From IMG/VR virus record IMGVR_UViG_651324052_000001, positions 1 to 32,602 of that record: a stretch of 32,602 nucleotides of DNA; one strand, 5' to 3'. The position numbers and the translations under genes were made by a program. This stretch comes from a virus. Lineage: Duplodnaviria; Heunggongvirae; Uroviricota; Caudoviricetes. Every line of letters starts with the position of its first letter. The stretch's first letter is position 1. Below the pieces are notes generated by a model. The model was not told where the DNA came from and did not search any database. It saw only the letters and a program-made list of their open reading frames with translations. This document shows, one piece after another, positions 8,705 to 18,814 of this stretch.

Positions 8705-11033
8705 TTAAGAATTTCCACCTGATTTAACGAAAGCCAGTCCCTTGACACCCATAGAAGAGTAATCAACAGGAACTATTTTTAAACTCATAAAATCACAGCC
8801 TCGTTCAGCCATCAGTCGTTTGGTGCGAACCATATCCTCGTCTAACGAAAACACTTTTACCCAGTCTTGTCCATTATTGTAATATCCACCAAACTCGTCG
8901 CCTGTAATAACCGTTTTATATCCTTTATCTTCAAGACGAGTCACAGATAATCCATCTCCATTAATATTAATCGCTGTTTCTTGTTCTGGAATTCCTTCAC
9001 CTTTAACTCCAATAGAAGAGAAGATGAACTTCCATCCATTCGCATCTTGGATTTCTTGAGTCTGTTTTGCTACATCTCCTTCAAGCTTTGTAACTGTTGA
9101 TTTGATAGACTCTAAGGCGACCTCTAAAGCGGACTGATTTGCAGAAATTTGATTTTCTATATCAGGTAGCATATTACCTACAATATCAGTAATATCTTTT
9201 TCTGTATCACTGACACGCAGCTCAACTTCATTTTGTTTTACTGCCATTTCAGAAATTTTTCCTTCGGCATTGGCAACAGATGTGACTACTTTATTTATAT
9301 CAATATCAATTTTTGCAAGTTGATCTGTAAGATAATCAGAATCATTTACATAATGTATCTTCCCGCTTGCGGATTCCTTATAAGTCCCTTGTAATTGGCT
9401 ATCATATAGCGTATACCACGATTCCCCATCCTCTGAAACTTCTACTTTATTATTAAAGTATTTCTCTGATGAGTAGTCATGCCAAATTTGTATGTAATCA
9501 ATATCCTTATGTATTTTACCTAAATCTAATTGTAAATAATGATTGCCCGGAGAAGTGGTAGTATATTGATTGTCTGTCAATAGCCCATCTGTATAATAAG
9601 AAGGATTTACTATATCAACATCTGACGTTGGTATAATATTCAATGCGATATTATCTACACCTACAATTACTTTACATTCCATCCATTTATTTTCAGTATC
9701 TATATTACTTCCGTTCAACCAATCTCTGATATATCTTACAGAAATAAGTGGTACATCTTTTTTCTTAGCAACGCTTAATTCAACTTTATCAGCCTTTACA
9801 TTTAAATCTGCAACCTCTCCTTTTACGTTTTCAACAGCGACTCCAAACCCATTTACCTTTTGGGATACATTAGAGACATCTCCCTGAATATTGGTAACAG
9901 TTCCTCTAATTTCTTCAGCCGTTTGATTAAATGTAGATTCTATACTATCTACTTTTCCATTTGTTGCATATGTTTTTTCTACATGCTGCTTAAATCCTTC
10001 AGCTGTTTGCTCATTTTTAGCCACACGGTCTTCAAGAGTCTTAACAGTTGATCCGTCTGCCTTTTGTTCAACTGTTGTCTTTACATCGCTCACTTCAGAA
10101 GTTATTTTCCCTATTTCTGTTTTCTGCTCAGAAACCTGTGTCCTCAATGTTTTGATTGTTGTATTATCATAATTGTTTATTTGTGTTGTAATATCATCTT
10201 GCCACACTTTATTGGTGATAGATTTTTGAACAGCGTCTACTTTAGTCGATACGCCTGAAACAGTATTTTTTATTTCTGTGATAGAGTTATTAACCTCATC
10301 TAATGCAGTTAGTACGATTATAGTTTGTCTATCTAGTGTAGAAGTAATATTATCTTTTTTTACAGAGAGTACATCTGATCGCGGTTATTTCCTGTGTGGT
10401 AGGAGTATATACAACAGACGACTCAGCTGTTTCTGAAATATATTTGCTATTATATACCACTCCATTAACTGTTTCTTCTATAATAAAAAGTCCTTCATAC
10501 GGACTTAAATTTACATTTTTAGAATTTCTAACCCATGAATTAAATGTAATGGTAGTTGGGTCTAAACCTCCGTCTATTTTTTTAGTAATCACAGAAACAG
10601 ACGATTCAATAGAATACAGGTCGATATTTCCATCTCCACCATCTTTTGTCTTTGACCATGTAAATATTTTTACAATCTCTTTTTCTTTAATCGTGAATGT
10701 GAACGGTATCTGTCCAGATACAGTTTGATCACTTCCTAAATTACTTCCTTTTGCAACATTTAAAATTATACGACCGTCTTTTTTATCGGTTGCATTTTCG
10801 TTTGATCCAAGTGTGATTCCCGAAGGTAATACTCCAACAGAAGCACTACAAGGAAATTTATCAAAACCAACATATCCTGCAAATGGAATCTCGATTAAAA
10901 GATTATCTATGACTTTTCCGTCAGATGTACATGGTATATTTTGGTTCTCATTTGCAATAGAAACATTTAAAGATGGTTCACCCGGTTTGCCATCAGAGAC
11001 ATAGGTTATTGTAATTTGTCCATAAGTCTTCAT
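8705..11033 (-). pseudogene. Minor tail protein (beta-repeat + coiled coil + discoidin/F5-8-like domain) split by a +1 frameshift in an A7 run (ORFs 10350-11066 and 8705-10207)
   Basis: Removing one A at 10355-10361 gives CKKDNITSTLDRQTIIVL...SITNKVWQDD, which continues into the 500-aa ORF. The C-terminal part has discoidin-like motifs YLQLDLG and VEVSEDGESW. The RBS GAAGGAGG precedes ATG 11033. Confidence 0.7.
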
Positions 11034-11048
11034 GGGAGCCTCCTTCAT

Positions 11049-11080
11049 AAAATAGGAGAGCAGCATTACACCTGCTCTCC
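11049..11080 (-). terminator. Terminator-like hairpin between minor tail genes
   Basis: GGAGAGCAG...CTGCTCTCC, followed on the minus strand by TATTTT. Confidence 0.55.
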
Positions 11081-11089
11081 ATTAATATG

Positions 11090-13570
11090 TTAAATATTAA
11101 TATCTGCCTCACAATTAATTACTAAGTTTTTGTTTACAATTTCTCTATCTATAAAAATTACTTTTCCTTGTTTCCACGGAGCAGAAGTATCAAGTTCTAC
11201 ACCGTTAGACCTTCTGTAATATTTATAAATTCCTTTTGGCAGATCATCTCCGACAGCATCTTGCCAAATTGAACCATTATGTTTCTTGAGGGTAACTGTT
11301 TTTGCAACTTTATCAATATGATAATAAAAATCTCCATTTTGTGCTGTTTTAGGAGCAGATGTTGAGAAGACTGTTGTTTTGATTGGATCAATCTCCTTTC
11401 CACTCAAATAAGCCAGTGCATAGACTACACCAAAAGAAGTTTCGTTTGTGAGCTGCGTTCCTACACTAGAAAGAATAACCAAATCAATAGGATCATTTTT
11501 GTCCGTTACAGTCCAATAGGCTACATATTGTTTTCCACCATAATTTGCAGTACATTTGAATGATGCCAATGATTCTACCATATCTGGGGTTACGGTTAAT
11601 TTATCTTTTGTTGCGCTTGGGATGTTTTGATAACTACCAGATGTAAATTTAGACCATTGGTATGTAATGTTATCTTTTACGATAGTAGAACCATCAGTAA
11701 GCTGTGTTTCAAGTACAACAGAATTTTTCCCATTTATAATTACATCACCCCGTGGTGCAAAAATCTGCAATAAAATAGAGTTTGTAGCTTGAATGCTTTT
11801 TGTCCAACCAAATTTCCTTTCAACTGTAACACCTTCAGCTTTAAAACTTAAAGTAAAATTACCACTCAAATCTGATTCTGCGCCAAGATTATTTCCGGCT
11901 GGAATACTAATTACTAATAAACCATCTGCATTTACCGTACCGGCTGTATTAGTTTTTACTGTAACTCCCGACGGAAGACTACCAGGAACACAAGTTACAG
12001 CCACACGCTTAATCCCTTTATATGCATAAAATGGTATATTAATTTCCTTTAGAACTTTAACAGTACCATTCGAATTACATGGAATAACTTCTGCATCATT
12101 GCTCATACCAATAGAGATACCACCGTCGCCATCATGTCCGTCTTGACCGTCGCCACCGTCTCTAGTAATAACCACAGTTTGTGAATCTAATAATGTTGTT
12201 GTCCCTCCAGAAGCATATAACTCACATTTAATAGCACGAATAGAAGTATTTGATGGAGTGTATGATTTACTAATTTCATCAACAGATGATGTATATTTTA
12301 CTGTTGCAAAATTTAATCCATCATTAGATTCATAAATTTTAAAACGTCCATTGTATGTAGTAGACGTTGTTTCCGCACCTATTTGTCTGGACGCAGAAAA
12401 GGTCACATTTGCAGGTGAAAAGGCGTTTGTCTTGCTTAAATTCATGGATAATGCCGACGCTTTTAATGAATAAATTACAGCATCGCTTCCATCCACACCT
12501 GCTTTCTGTTTGATAAGAGTAAATCTTTTTTTCAATGTAGTGCTTAATTTTGTACAGGTAAATTCAACATGACCAACATCAATATTGTTTTCCATTTTAG
12601 TTACAGTGTATTTATGACCTTCTAATCTACCAGTAACTCCTTCACTTGGGACAGCATCAATTGACCATTCAGAGGTTACATCCGTTCCACCTTCGGAAAC
12701 ACTTATTTCTGTTTCGGCTCCAATATAACCTCCCTCATTAATTACACCTTTAGAGTTGCAAGGAAGGGTATGGCTATCATTACTTAAAACAACTGCGACC
12801 GTACTATTACCTGCTGCGCCATCTCTAATCTTAGTGATTGTATGTAAATCGTAGACAGAAGACTCATTTGTTACTAATTTAATAACCGCAACATCATTGT
12901 TAAATAAAATCGATTCACTTGCTTTGACTTTAATAGTTGAGCCATTAATACTTGGATTATTTGTTGTTGGCATAGCAACAAATTCCCCAGTTGCATTTTT
13001 ATACTGCCACTGTGTAACACTTACATTTGTTAATGACGCAGTCAATGTGATAGTATCCGCGCCAACAAGAGATTGATTTGTATTGTATAAAAATACTGAT
13101 TCACCAAGAATAGAACAATATTTAGCCTCTGTTGCTTGTTTAGATAACGAGAATGACATTTGAGCCTGCGTTTCTAAAGTTGCGTTTGTGTTTGGAACAG
13201 TATATTGAATGTTAGCAATATAAGTCAAAAGTCCACTTGGAATATTTCCTAAGAAGTTTTGTGACACCTTCAATGCTCCGTTTGAGACAGTTTCTCCAGA
13301 TCCTAAGCTAGCTGCCGGAGATGAGCCTTCTTGTCGCTTCCATGTTACTGCAAGACCTGTTTTTGGAAGTTGAATTTGTTCATCGTTAAAATATATAATT
13401 GGTGTTAATACCAAATTGTTTTTACTCCAATCTGGAGTGTAAGATGTTGTTTCGCTATTTGGATTTTCAATTACTGTCTGAGGCTGATTACTTGTAAGAT
13501 AAACGCTTAACCGCCCAACATCAGTGACATCTGTAATTGTGATAGAACCAAATACTTTTGCTTTTGCCAT
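11090..13570 (-). CDS. Minor tail structural protein with beta-rich/Ig-like repeats
   Basis: 826 aa with repeated modules (LSNDSHTLPCNSKG / MSNDAEVIPCNSNG) that are shared with the downstream gene. RBS AAGGAGG. Confidence 0.7.
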   Translation of the reverse strand: MAKAKVFGSITITDVTDVGRLSVYLTSNQPQTVIENPNSETTSYTPDWSKNNLVLTPIIYFNDEQIQLPKTGLAVTWKRQEGSSPAASLGSGETVSNGALKVSQNFLGNIPSGLLTYIANIQYTVPNTNATLETQAQMSFSLSKQATEAKYCSILGESVFLYNTNQSLVGADTITLTASLTNVSVTQWQYKNATGEFVAMPTTNNPSINGSTIKVKASESILFNNDVAVIKLVTNESSVYDLHTITKIRDGAAGNSTVAVVLSNDSHTLPCNSKGVINEGGYIGAETEISVSEGGTDVTSEWSIDAVPSEGVTGRLEGHKYTVTKMENNIDVGHVEFTCTKLSTTLKKRFTLIKQKAGVDGSDAVIYSLKASALSMNLSKTNAFSPANVTFSASRQIGAETTSTTYNGRFKIYESNDGLNFATVKYTSSVDEISKSYTPSNTSIRAIKCELYASGGTTTLLDSQTVVITRDGGDGQDGHDGDGGISIGMSNDAEVIPCNSNGTVKVLKEINIPFYAYKGIKRVAVTCVPGSLPSGVTVKTNTAGTVNADGLLVISIPAGNNLGAESDLSGNFTLSFKAEGVTVERKFGWTKSIQATNSILLQIFAPRGDVIINGKNSVVLETQLTDGSTIVKDNITYQWSKFTSGSYQNIPSATKDKLTVTPDMVESLASFKCTANYGGKQYVAYWTVTDKNDPIDLVILSSVGTQLTNETSFGVVYALAYLSGKEIDPIKTTVFSTSAPKTAQNGDFYYHIDKVAKTVTLKKHNGSIWQDAVGDDLPKGIYKYYRRSNGVELDTSAPWKQGKVIFIDREIVNKNLVINCEADINI

Positions 13571-13584
13571 ATGTATAGTCCTCC

Positions 13585-16500
13585 TTAAAATCTAGCTTCT
13601 GTAATAAGCTTTCCGTTATCATTAAAAAAGGAACAAGTAAAACTTGCTCCTCCTAACACATCATCCGATGTAATATGTAAATTTTTTATTCCGTTTGTAT
13701 GTGCTGCATTCCAATAGTGATCTCCGTCAGAATCAGATGATTGTCTTGTCCAGACAAAATGTGTTTCATCGTACATATCTGTAACATCACTTTGACCAAG
13801 ATAAAGTGATGGTATGAGAGTAGTATTAATCATCCCTGGTCTAAAGATAGTTCCGTTGGATGAAAAAATATTCATTGTATACGGTGTGGAAGTTTTAATT
13901 CCATCAATCTGGGTTTGCATATCAGACATACTATTTTCGATTGTTGTAAAAGAGGCATTGATGCCTTGTCCGTTTACAACAACATCTGATACATGTATTT
14001 TCCCATCTGCATCCTTTTCTACAGCCTGAAATGATAATTTCTCTTTAGAAATTGTATTATTGGCAATCATATCATTTTTTATAAGTCCATCGCTAATCGC
14101 AGAATCTTTGATTCCAGTAGAATCAATAAGAACTCCTTTTCCCGTTTCATCGTATAAGCAGAAAGTAAAATTATTATTTGTATCTCTACCTATTTGAATA
14201 CGGACTACACCATTTTGATCTTTGAACTGCATTGTATTTCCAACAATACTCATCCCGCCGTCTTCAGACTCTATATTAAATTTATCTGCATTAATGGTTC
14301 CGGCTTTTAACATAGATACTGTGATTTGTGACGCGATCAATTGACGAATTACTGCTTCGTCAATAATGACATTGTCTGCTGTCAATTTGATAATATGACC
14401 AAGTTCAGCAGAGACATTTCCCGCCAATAAATTGTCGATATTACCAACTTTTGCAAGAAGTTCTTTAAAATCTCCAGATTCAGCTACGATTTTTCCAACA
14501 GAAATTAATTCCGCCTGTAAATATTGGAAGAAACCATTTTCCGCATGAATGTCAATACATTTAATCATTTCGGCTTCAAGAGTACCTGGTGTAATATAAT
14601 TTCCACCAGTACCTCCGATAATGCTTCCGCCAGATCCGTTCACAATACTTTGTACTTTATTATTAAAAGCAGAAGATTGAAGTAATTTATTTAAGATTTC
14701 ATATATATTATCATCTGATAATTGAAGATTTCCCGAAATATTATGGCGTGAACTTTCACCGCCAATATTAGAGCTTGATCCTATGATCTGTAAAAAGTCG
14801 TCTCTACCAGAAGTAGACTTGATCATATTTGAAAACGTAATAGAGAAGTTGTTATCAAACAGAAATGGGTTATAAGAAATTGACATAACTCTCAGTTTGA
14901 CATAGTAATCGTCTCTTAAGCCAAGCCAAATAAAACTTCCATAATCAAGTGTTTCTGCATGTAATTCCGTCCCACTTGCAGATATTAAATTATCTAAAGA
15001 TGTTGAATAAATTGTTTGCGGAATAGAATATGTCTGCAATTCTTCAAGTGCTACACGACATAATTCACTTTGAGTTGTCACAATATCTGTTAATGAATCT
15101 TGATTAGTTGTAAAAATATTTTCGTTTGTATAAGGGGTTTGTTTTGTGATGTGATATAGTTCTGCTAATTCTTCTTTTGAGAAACTTCCTAACGATTCAT
15201 CAGACCATGTTTCAAGTGCCATTTTCTGTGATAAGGCAGTTCTTTTTTTGGAAATTTCTTTCTGCGTTTCTTCTTCTTTTTTTGCCTGTTCTCTACGTTC
15301 TTTGAGAGCAGCGGCGCAGGAATCTTTGTTATTTTCATCCATTTGATAAGCATTTTTTTCATATAGTGCATGTTTATCTTTGAAACCATCTTCTGTCAAT
15401 GCTGGATATTTTTCAGGATCTTGTTTTGATAATTCTTGGTATCTTTCCCACGTTAAATCATAATGACTTTTAGCAAGCAACTTTGCCTGATCTTGATACG
15501 ATTTTAATTTTATTTCTAATTCATTTATTCCATAGTATTTCCAGTTTGTAAGGTATTCTTCGATAAAATCTTTTTCACCTTCAGAGGTTGGTAATTTTCT
15601 GTTATCTATTTCTATTTGGATGTTTAGAAGAATTGTATCAACGATTTGGTGATAGATATTTGCATCCGGAGACGCATTAAGAGCATTTATATCAAAATTT
15701 CCTTCTTCATCAACATAGAGTTTTTCATATCCTAATTTCTGTGCTTCATAATCTTTTTTTAAAGTAAGCAATTCTGTATCTGAAAGTTTATCCCATTTAT
15801 CAGGATCACAATCACCAGTTGGTATACGAATGTATAATTCAGAAATTTTATCTTGTTGAATATTCCATTCTTTAGATAGGGCAGTATAATCAATTCGTGC
15901 CTGCACACAAAATGATTCCCATCTTTTATATTTTTTAATTGTAGTATCACTTAAAAATTTATTATTCAACCAAAATCTATCTAGGTAAAATAAGTAATTG
16001 CTTCCACCATTACATTGTTCAATCCCTAAATCATTTGCGCCAGAAACACGAATTTTCGTAAAGATATTTTCTTCATCTATTGTAATCTCATTTGAATTTT
16101 CCACATTACGAAATCCAATTGTAATATTTGTGTTTTTTCCAAAATTTTCAACACGATAAAAATTAACAATGAGATTTTCAAAATCAAATTCTACAATACA
16201 GTTGAAAAACTTTTCAAATTCTTGAGTGATAAAGCTATATACATCTGAATAGTCAAGATCAAATTTCCCCACCTCGTCTTTCAAGAGTACAGACTTTGTG
16301 ACAACTTCACCGTTCTCGATTGTTTTATATTCTTTGGGTTTATTATCAATATATCCGACTTTCCAGCCCGGCACTTTTTCGACCAAAATATTAACTAGAC
16401 TTAATTGAGGTTTTTTCTCATTGTAAAATTTAATTTGCTCTTTTGCGAATTCAACACCTTCAATTTCTTCCACATTCCCATCCACTAGCATCTCAAGTGA

Positions 16501-16890
16501 ATCAGTTGTACCGCAATTGACTTTCCATCCGTCTAGCGGAATTTGTGCATATTCACTTTGAATGGATTGAGCAGTAATAGACTTGTATTCTTTTGTACCT
16601 GTCCCATGAGTTACAGGGCTGTCCATAATAAACCATCCAATTCCAGTTACATATAATTTCATGAATTTGGATAACCAGTTATATGCGTTTGATTCTACAA
16701 ATTGTCCAGTATAAGTTTCAATATATTGATTTACATCGAAGGATATTGTTGATACGTCATTACATTTTCCCTCAAAGTTTCCGGAAGAATAATCGATACC
16801 GTTTAGAGCACACAAAATAATTCTGCTAGGCGTGGCAAGATAAACAATGGTTTGTTCATGATTGCCATATGTATCATATTTAAATTGCAA
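13585..16890 (-). CDS. Phage tail spike / Tal-like minor structural protein
   Basis: 1101 aa with a TTG start and RBS GAAAGGAG. It is the second gene after TMP. Motifs include ITIGFRN...IFTKIRVSG and a C-terminal VRIQIG beta-helix-like region. Confidence 0.75.
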   Translation of the reverse strand: MQFKYDTYGNHEQTIVYLATPSRIILCALNGIDYSSGNFEGKCNDVSTISFDVNQYIETYTGQFVESNAYNWLSKFMKLYVTGIGWFIMDSPVTHGTGTKEYKSITAQSIQSEYAQIPLDGWKVNCGTTDSLEMLVDGNVEEIEGVEFAKEQIKFYNEKKPQLSLVNILVEKVPGWKVGYIDNKPKEYKTIENGEVVTKSVLLKDEVGKFDLDYSDVYSFITQEFEKFFNCIVEFDFENLIVNFYRVENFGKNTNITIGFRNVENSNEITIDEENIFTKIRVSGANDLGIEQCNGGSNYLFYLDRFWLNNKFLSDTTIKKYKRWESFCVQARIDYTALSKEWNIQQDKISELYIRIPTGDCDPDKWDKLSDTELLTLKKDYEAQKLGYEKLYVDEEGNFDINALNASPDANIYHQIVDTILLNIQIEIDNRKLPTSEGEKDFIEEYLTNWKYYGINELEIKLKSYQDQAKLLAKSHYDLTWERYQELSKQDPEKYPALTEDGFKDKHALYEKNAYQMDENNKDSCAAALKERREQAKKEEETQKEISKKRTALSQKMALETWSDESLGSFSKEELAELYHITKQTPYTNENIFTTNQDSLTDIVTTQSELCRVALEELQTYSIPQTIYSTSLDNLISASGTELHAETLDYGSFIWLGLRDDYYVKLRVMSISYNPFLFDNNFSITFSNMIKSTSGRDDFLQIIGSSSNIGGESSRHNISGNLQLSDDNIYEILNKLLQSSAFNNKVQSIVNGSGGSIIGGTGGNYITPGTLEAEMIKCIDIHAENGFFQYLQAELISVGKIVAESGDFKELLAKVGNIDNLLAGNVSAELGHIIKLTADNVIIDEAVIRQLIASQITVSMLKAGTINADKFNIESEDGGMSIVGNTMQFKDQNGVVRIQIGRDTNNNFTFCLYDETGKGVLIDSTGIKDSAISDGLIKNDMIANNTISKEKLSFQAVEKDADGKIHVSDVVVNGQGINASFTTIENSMSDMQTQIDGIKTSTPYTMNIFSSNGTIFRPGMINTTLIPSLYLGQSDVTDMYDETHFVWTRQSSDSDGDHYWNAAHTNGIKNLHITSDDVLGGASFTCSFFNDNGKLITEARF

Positions 16891-17964
16891 TTAAATCAAT
16901 GCTCCTTTCCGTGGTTCAAGATATGTAATATCCAATGTCATATTCCCATAAACTCGAAATGTGTTATGGCCATGCAGCAATCGAATCCAGTAGATGTTAT
17001 CTTCATGCTCAATTCCAACCCTCTCAAATACGACAGGTCTATTTAATTCATCGTATAAGGATAAATTCCCACAATCTAATTTCAGATCTAAATCACGTTG
17101 TACTTGACAGTAGAAGAAACCACCTTGAAAAATATAATATTGACCATTTTCTATATAATAAGCACCATATTTATTCTTAACTCCAAAAGCATCTGTTAAG
17201 TAGAACAAGATAGCAGTGTCGTTGCATATGGACATAACCTGTTTATCTTTTCCGTATACATAATCTAAGGAACATCTATTTGTTTTTGCATAATTTTCAA
17301 TTTTTGTTTTTAATAATTCTAGGGTTAATTTATTAGAAGATTGAAGTGTTATGTTGTTTGTTTCGAGAATTTTACTATCAGATAAATTATGAAAATAGAT
17401 TTGTTCTGTTGCGGCAGGACGAATATTAATAACCGGATAAACATATCCATATTTTTCACTACTTGTATTTTCTAACATAAAGTTCTTGCTTCTCGTAATA
17501 GTTTGTTGATCGTTTTTTTCAACATAAGAAAAAGGAGAGTTGCACTTAAACTCGCATCTAAGACCATAACATATTCCCCAGTTTTCGTAAGGTGTAATAG
17601 AAGAGAAGTAGCCTTTTAATTTTACAGTTTCATTCCCTTGTGTAGTGACTGTAATCCATGAATTTTTGTTTGAAGAACTGAGCCATGAAACTATGCTTTC
17701 ATATTCTTCCGGTGTGAACTCTAATTCTTCCTGCGAAGTATTTATTTCATAATTTTTTGTAATATGGATTTCAAATGTAAGTGTTTCTGTATATTTCATG
17801 CCGAACCCGGTAGCTTCATTTCGAAATGGATTAAGTTCACTTACTTCCATTTCCCTCTTGATAGAAGATGGGAGAGAAGTGTCATCATCAAAATTTACAG
17901 ATGATAAATTCTGTTTTAATAACGAATTATCGTCATAAGAAAAATCTTTACATACCAAAATCAT
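16891..17964 (-). CDS. Distal tail protein (Dit)-like
   Basis: First structural gene after TMP. It has a CEFKCNSPF motif and a C-terminal WIRLLHGHNTF motif. The RBS GAGGTG favours ATG 17964. Confidence 0.7.
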   Translation of the reverse strand: MILVCKDFSYDDNSLLKQNLSSVNFDDDTSLPSSIKREMEVSELNPFRNEATGFGMKYTETLTFEIHITKNYEINTSQEELEFTPEEYESIVSWLSSSNKNSWITVTTQGNETVKLKGYFSSITPYENWGICYGLRCEFKCNSPFSYVEKNDQQTITRSKNFMLENTSSEKYGYVYPVINIRPAATEQIYFHNLSDSKILETNNITLQSSNKLTLELLKTKIENYAKTNRCSLDYVYGKDKQVMSICNDTAILFYLTDAFGVKNKYGAYYIENGQYYIFQGGFFYCQVQRDLDLKLDCGNLSLYDELNRPVVFERVGIEHEDNIYWIRLLHGHNTFRVYGNMTLDITYLEPRKGALI

Positions 17965-18006
17965 TTTTTCTTTCACCTCAACTTTCTTTTGGTTTTTGGA
18001 TATAAT

Positions 18007-18035
18007 AAAAGAGCCAAGGCACATGACCTCGACTC
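18007..18035 (-). terminator. Intrinsic terminator upstream of distal tail gene
   Basis: Minus strand reads GAGTCGAGG-TCATGTG-CCTTGGCTC-TTTTATT, a 9-bp stem with G-U pairs that form only on this strand. Confidence 0.7.
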
Positions 18036-18062
18036 TATTAATCTTATATTTTTAAATACAAA

Positions 18063-18091
18063 TTGACAAAATGTAGTTTAATTGATATATT
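18063..18091 (+). promoter_or_regulatory. Sigma-A type promoter for the small toxin-like gene
   Basis: TTGACA-17 bp-TATATT with an extended -10 TG. Confidence 0.8.
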
Positions 18092-18201
18092 ATGAATTGG
18101 CATTATCTAATACGGTAAGGACGGTTGTCTTCCACCAGAGAGCACAAGCTCTGTTCTTATAGAAACCTGTTTAGGAATCTTATGGAAAGGAGGACTTTTA
18201 C

Positions 18202-18348
18202 ATGGATTTAGCATTACAAGATTTATACTATATAGTGGGAATTTTTAGTTTGTCTATAAATATATCATATACGGTATATAAATTTGTAAAAGATAAAAGA
18301 CATGAAAAAAGTAACTGTCCTCAGCCTGAGAAACTGAACAGTTACTAA
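18202..18348 (+). CDS. Putative type I toxin, small hydrophobic peptide (48 aa; not in the ORF track)
   Basis: Translates as MDLALQDLYYIVGIFSLSINISYTVYKFVKDKRHEKSNCPQPEKLNSY, with one TM segment and a basic tail. RBS AAAGGAGG. The predicted mRNA ends are complementary (18098-18107 with 18392-18401; 18120-18131 with 18371-18382). Confidence 0.7.
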   Translation: MDLALQDLYYIVGIFSLSINISYTVYKFVKDKRHEKSNCPQPEKLNSY

Positions 18349-18814
18349 TTTCGTGTAACACATAGATTTCAGGGCAACCGTCATTGCTAACGATAATGCC
18401 ATTTTATGTACATAAAAGTACACTAATTACAATATATAGTATTAATCGTTTTCACGATTCTAAATTCTGTAACCGCCATGAGTAGGCGGCTATTTCTGTG
18501 TTGGTAATTAAAAATATTAGCCTTAAATGTCCAATAAAAGGCTCAACCGTCTATAGGATTCTGTTCTTTCCAACTAAACAAATTATATGATTAATCATTA
18601 AATGATTTACTTCTTTTACTTACGATTATATTAGATTATTTTCTAATTGTAAATACATAGGCACTAAAAAGATGAAATAAAAAGTTATATTTGTATAAAA
18701 TGCTATTTCTTCTTTTTAATGTCTATTTTTTTGTTATATATTTTATGCAAATTTATTTATGGTTATATTGACAGCCAGATTCAGATGTTGATCATCCTCT
18801 GACTGCCAGTATAA

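Noticed and set aside
18471-18495. Hairpin TAACCGCC...GGCGGCTA as the end of a second toxin gene
   Set aside because: No upstream ORF with an RBS was found. It may simply be a downstream terminator.
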